In this document: positions 61,417 through 64,000 of the stretch, one piece after another
Numbering within the stretch: position 1 is the stretch's first letter
Layout: every line of letters begins with the position of its first letter
Assembly: GCA_029261035.1 (NCBI GenBank)
Contig: JAJDCD010000023.1
Span: forward strand, 237,126 to 301,125
Length of the DNA: 64,000 nt
Source: Candidatus Omnitrophota bacterium
GTDB lineage: Bacteria; Omnitrophota; Omnitrophia; Omnitrophales; JACROU01
Direction: 5' to 3'
The notes under the pieces: model-generated
Seen by the model: the letters and a program-made list of their open reading frames with translations, nothing else
What the model was told of the DNA's origin: nothing
Databases searched by the model: none
Translations under genes and position numbers: made by a program

Positions 61417-62547
61417 ATGTTTTCGCATAAAGAAATAGAACGTTTGGGCCATATGGAGCATTTAGAAACCCCTATGGTGAGTTGCTACCTTAGCTTTACA
61501 TCAAGTAATCAGTGGAAAAAAGAACTAGAAATAAACCTGAAAGATTGCATTAAAGAAGGTAAAGAAAAACTTGGAAAGTTTCGCTTATCAGAAGATGATC
61601 ACGGATTTTTAAGTACTGATTTAAATCGAGTTAAACACTACTTTGATGACTATCAACGAAATGGGGAACGTGGTGTTATCGTATTCAGTCATGCAAAAAA
61701 AGATTTTTTCTTAGCTAAACCTATTTACCACCCCATCCATAATCGTGTTGTTATTGATTTTGATATTTACTTAAAACCCCTTATGAATTTGTTTCAGCAA
61801 AATAGAAGATATTGTGTTGTTTGTGTCAGCCAGAAAAAAGCCCATGTCTTTGAATTTTTTATGGGACATTTGGAGCGGCAAGAGGAAATTTTTGATGTAA
61901 TTCCTAAAAAAGTAAAATCCGGTGGATTTCATGGTTATGAAGGGAAAAAAATTGAGAGGCACAATCATGAAGAGGTTCGGCACCATTTTAAAACAGTGGC
62001 AAATAAAGCCTTTGAGTTATTTATGCAGGATCATTATGAAGATTTGATTTTAGTGGGAGAACAACACACTGTTAAAGAGTTTGAAACAAACCTCCACTCT
62101 TACTTGAAAGAACGTGTTGTGGGGCGCCTCCATTTAAATCCAGAAACGGAGCTTTCTGCGATTAAGGGAATGGCACAAATCATGGAGAGTGATATTAAGA
62201 GAAAAAAGGATTACCAGATTATTGATCAGCTAATGACCTCAAATCATGAGAAAGGCCTTGGTGTAATCGGCCTAAGCGGAGTGCTTAGAGCTTTGGAACG
62301 AGGAAGTGTTCAACGTCTGATTGTGTCCGAGGACTATTCTCAACCTGGATGGATGTGTTTTGACTGCTCTGTTCTTCGTGCGGATGGGTCTCAGTGCCCT
62401 ATGTGTGGAAAGGAGCTGACTCTTATTCGAGATATTGTGAATCAAGCAGTAGAAGAAGCCATTCATCAAAGAGCTCAAGTGCATCACTTAGCTCCTGATA
62501 TTCCAATTCCAGAACATATTGGAGCACTTCTTCGATTTGCTGTTTAA
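61417..62547 (+). CDS. Bacterial archaeo-eukaryotic release factor-like protein (baeRF10-like)
   Basis: eRF1-like layout: VSCYL, GG-containing loop KSGGFHG, LILVG, CxxC...CPxCG zinc ribbon, IGALLRF C-terminus. Confidence 0.8.
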   Translation: MFSHKEIERLGHMEHLETPMVSCYLSFTSSNQWKKELEINLKDCIKEGKEKLGKFRLSEDDHGFLSTDLNRVKHYFDDYQRNGERGVIVFSHAKKDFFLAKPIYHPIHNRVVIDFDIYLKPLMNLFQQNRRYCVVCVSQKKAHVFEFFMGHLERQEEIFDVIPKKVKSGGFHGYEGKKIERHNHEEVRHHFKTVANKAFELFMQDHYEDLILVGEQHTVKEFETNLHSYLKERVVGRLHLNPETELSAIKGMAQIMESDIKRKKDYQIIDQLMTSNHEKGLGVIGLSGVLRALERGSVQRLIVSEDYSQPGWMCFDCSVLRADGSQCPMCGKELTLIRDIVNQAVEEAIHQRAQVHHLAPDIPIPEHIGALLRFAV

Positions 62548-62553
62548 AACATC

Positions 62554-62686
62554 GAAGTCAGAATTCAGAGGACTGAAGTCTGAAAAAGTCTGTCATCCCC
62601 GCGAAAGCGGGGATCCAGGTTTAATAAAGGATATAAAGGTATTTTAAGACCTTATGGATTCCCGACAAAAGATTTCGGGAATGACA
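62554..62686. repeat. Heptamer array plus palindromic repeat
   Basis: gaagtca gaattca gaggact gaagtct; tgtcatccccgcgaaagcggggatcca...tggattcccgacaaaagatttcgggaatgaca. Confidence 0.8.
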
Positions 62687-62807
62687 ATTTGTCTTATCGT
62701 TCTTTCAACGTATTGCCAAGTTTATACAGACAAGGAAGTTCCTTCTTACTTTTTTGCAAATCAAAGCAATTCATAATACAATACCCCCTCAACTAAAGAG
62801 GTATTGT

Positions 62808-63722
62808 ATGGGATCTCATAATCAAAAACTTACAGGACGTTATCTCACTATTTTTAGAATTATGATTCTAATTTTAATTTTAAATTGGGGGGTGGCTCTA
62901 GCTAAAACCATTTATGGTTGGATGACCCAATCTGCCAGTATGCTAGCAGATGGAATTCACTCTTTCTCAGATGGAGCGTCTAACCTGATAGGAATGATAG
63001 GGATCTGGTGGGCGTCACAACCTCCAGACGAAGATCACCCTTATGGCCATGAAAAATACGAAACTTTTGCCTCTTTAGCTATTGCGACGTTTTTGTTTAT
63101 CGTGTGCTTCTTTATTCTTAAAGATGCGGTTTTTAATTTATTCTCACCGCGTGTACCCCAAGTAACTGTTATCAGTTTTTTCATTATGATTGTAACCATC
63201 ATAATTAATATTGGTGTTACGATATATGAAAGAAAAAAGGCAAAAGAATTAGGTAGCGACATCCTTATGTCAGATTCGATTCATACTCAAAGTGACATTC
63301 TGACATCTTTTTCAGTAATAGTGTCCTTAGTTTGTATCCAATTAGGATGGCCCATTGTAGATTCGATTGCATCCTTCTTTATTGGAGGTTTTATTGGCTG
63401 GGCCGCATTTGGAATTATTAAAGAAAGTTCGGATGTTTTGTGTGACCGTGTTGTTTTAAATCATGATGAGATTCGTCATGTTGTGAATCAGATTGAGGGA
63501 GTCGAAGATTGTCATGAGATTCGCACACGGGGCAGGAAAGATCATGTCTATGTTGATCTTCATGTTTTGGTCGACCCTAAAATTTCAGTAGAAGAAGGTC
63601 ATGATGTTGCCAATAGAATAGAAGACAACATAAAAGCAAACCTAAAAGTTGTTTATGATGTTTTTGTCCATATAGAACCATCCACCCATCATCATCCGCC
63701 TACGTCGTTAGATAAGAATTAA
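62808..63722 (+). CDS. Cation diffusion facilitator transporter (FieF-like)
   Basis: ADGIHSFSD, DEDHPYGHEKYE, DSIHTQSD, VDLHVLVD, VHIEP; ATG at 62808 preceded by GAGG. Confidence 0.92.
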   Translation: MGSHNQKLTGRYLTIFRIMILILILNWGVALAKTIYGWMTQSASMLADGIHSFSDGASNLIGMIGIWWASQPPDEDHPYGHEKYETFASLAIATFLFIVCFFILKDAVFNLFSPRVPQVTVISFFIMIVTIIINIGVTIYERKKAKELGSDILMSDSIHTQSDILTSFSVIVSLVCIQLGWPIVDSIASFFIGGFIGWAAFGIIKESSDVLCDRVVLNHDEIRHVVNQIEGVEDCHEIRTRGRKDHVYVDLHVLVDPKISVEEGHDVANRIEDNIKANLKVVYDVFVHIEPSTHHHPPTSLDKN

Positions 63723-63732
63723 AAGGACAATA

Positions 63733-64000
63733 ATGGAAACAAAAGACCCTATTGGAAAAGAAACTTTGGAACGTCTTTCGCAAGTGGACGCTTACAGTGC
63801 TTGGCAATATAAAGCGATAAAACGTTATGTGGGTAATCGTGTGATGGAGATTGGTTCTGGTATTGGGAATATCTCTTCGTTTTTACTCGATTCAGAGAAA
63901 CTGGTTCTTACGGATGTGAACGAAGAGTACCTTTCTATTCTGAGTAAAAGATTTAAGAGTAAAAAAAATGTAAAGGTAGGACCCTTTAATTTGGATACGG
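63733..64000 (+). CDS. Class I SAM-dependent methyltransferase, partial at window edge
   Basis: METKDPIGKETLERL...VMEIGSGIGN...LTDV; AAGGA RBS upstream. Confidence 0.8.
   Translation, partial: METKDPIGKETLERLSQVDAYSAWQYKAIKRYVGNRVMEIGSGIGNISSFLLDSEKLVLTDVNEEYLSILSKRFKSKKNVKVGPFNLDT

Overview
Bacterial chromosome segment (AT-rich) spanning the replication origin. Left half is housekeeping: sulfotransferase, tRNA-Ser(GCT), serS, gyrA, gyrB, DUF721/DciA, dnaN, oriC, dnaA, cysH/cysC, tatCA, a UvrD-nuclease fusion, a beta-glucan locus (ROK, glycoamylase-like, GH94, sugar-binding protein), ndk, parBA with parS sites, mnmG, higBA, a DHS-like gene, yidC-yidD-rnpA-rpmH and an Rrf2 regulator. The most notable region is 34.3-57.1 kb: two giant, probably secreted proteins (2631 and 4546 aa) flanking a type IV pilin gene and a ~190-nt structured hairpin. 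Both proteins share a homologous ~500-aa N-terminal domain and end in a ~260-aa C-terminal segment finishing in -AA. Between these lie unrelated cargo modules (Mpv17-like, DUF218, HExxH, Nudix, two SAM-methyltransferase-like copies, two repeat arrays), delimited by a recurring [A/G]-x-S-L-G motif (17 copies). I infer a modular, possibly self-processing polyprotein system; one inter-module spacer is built from the genome's own intergenic heptamer repeats. Giant genes of this style suggest Omnitrophota/PVC, but taxonomy is inference only. All family assignments come from motif recognition by eye; no searches were run.
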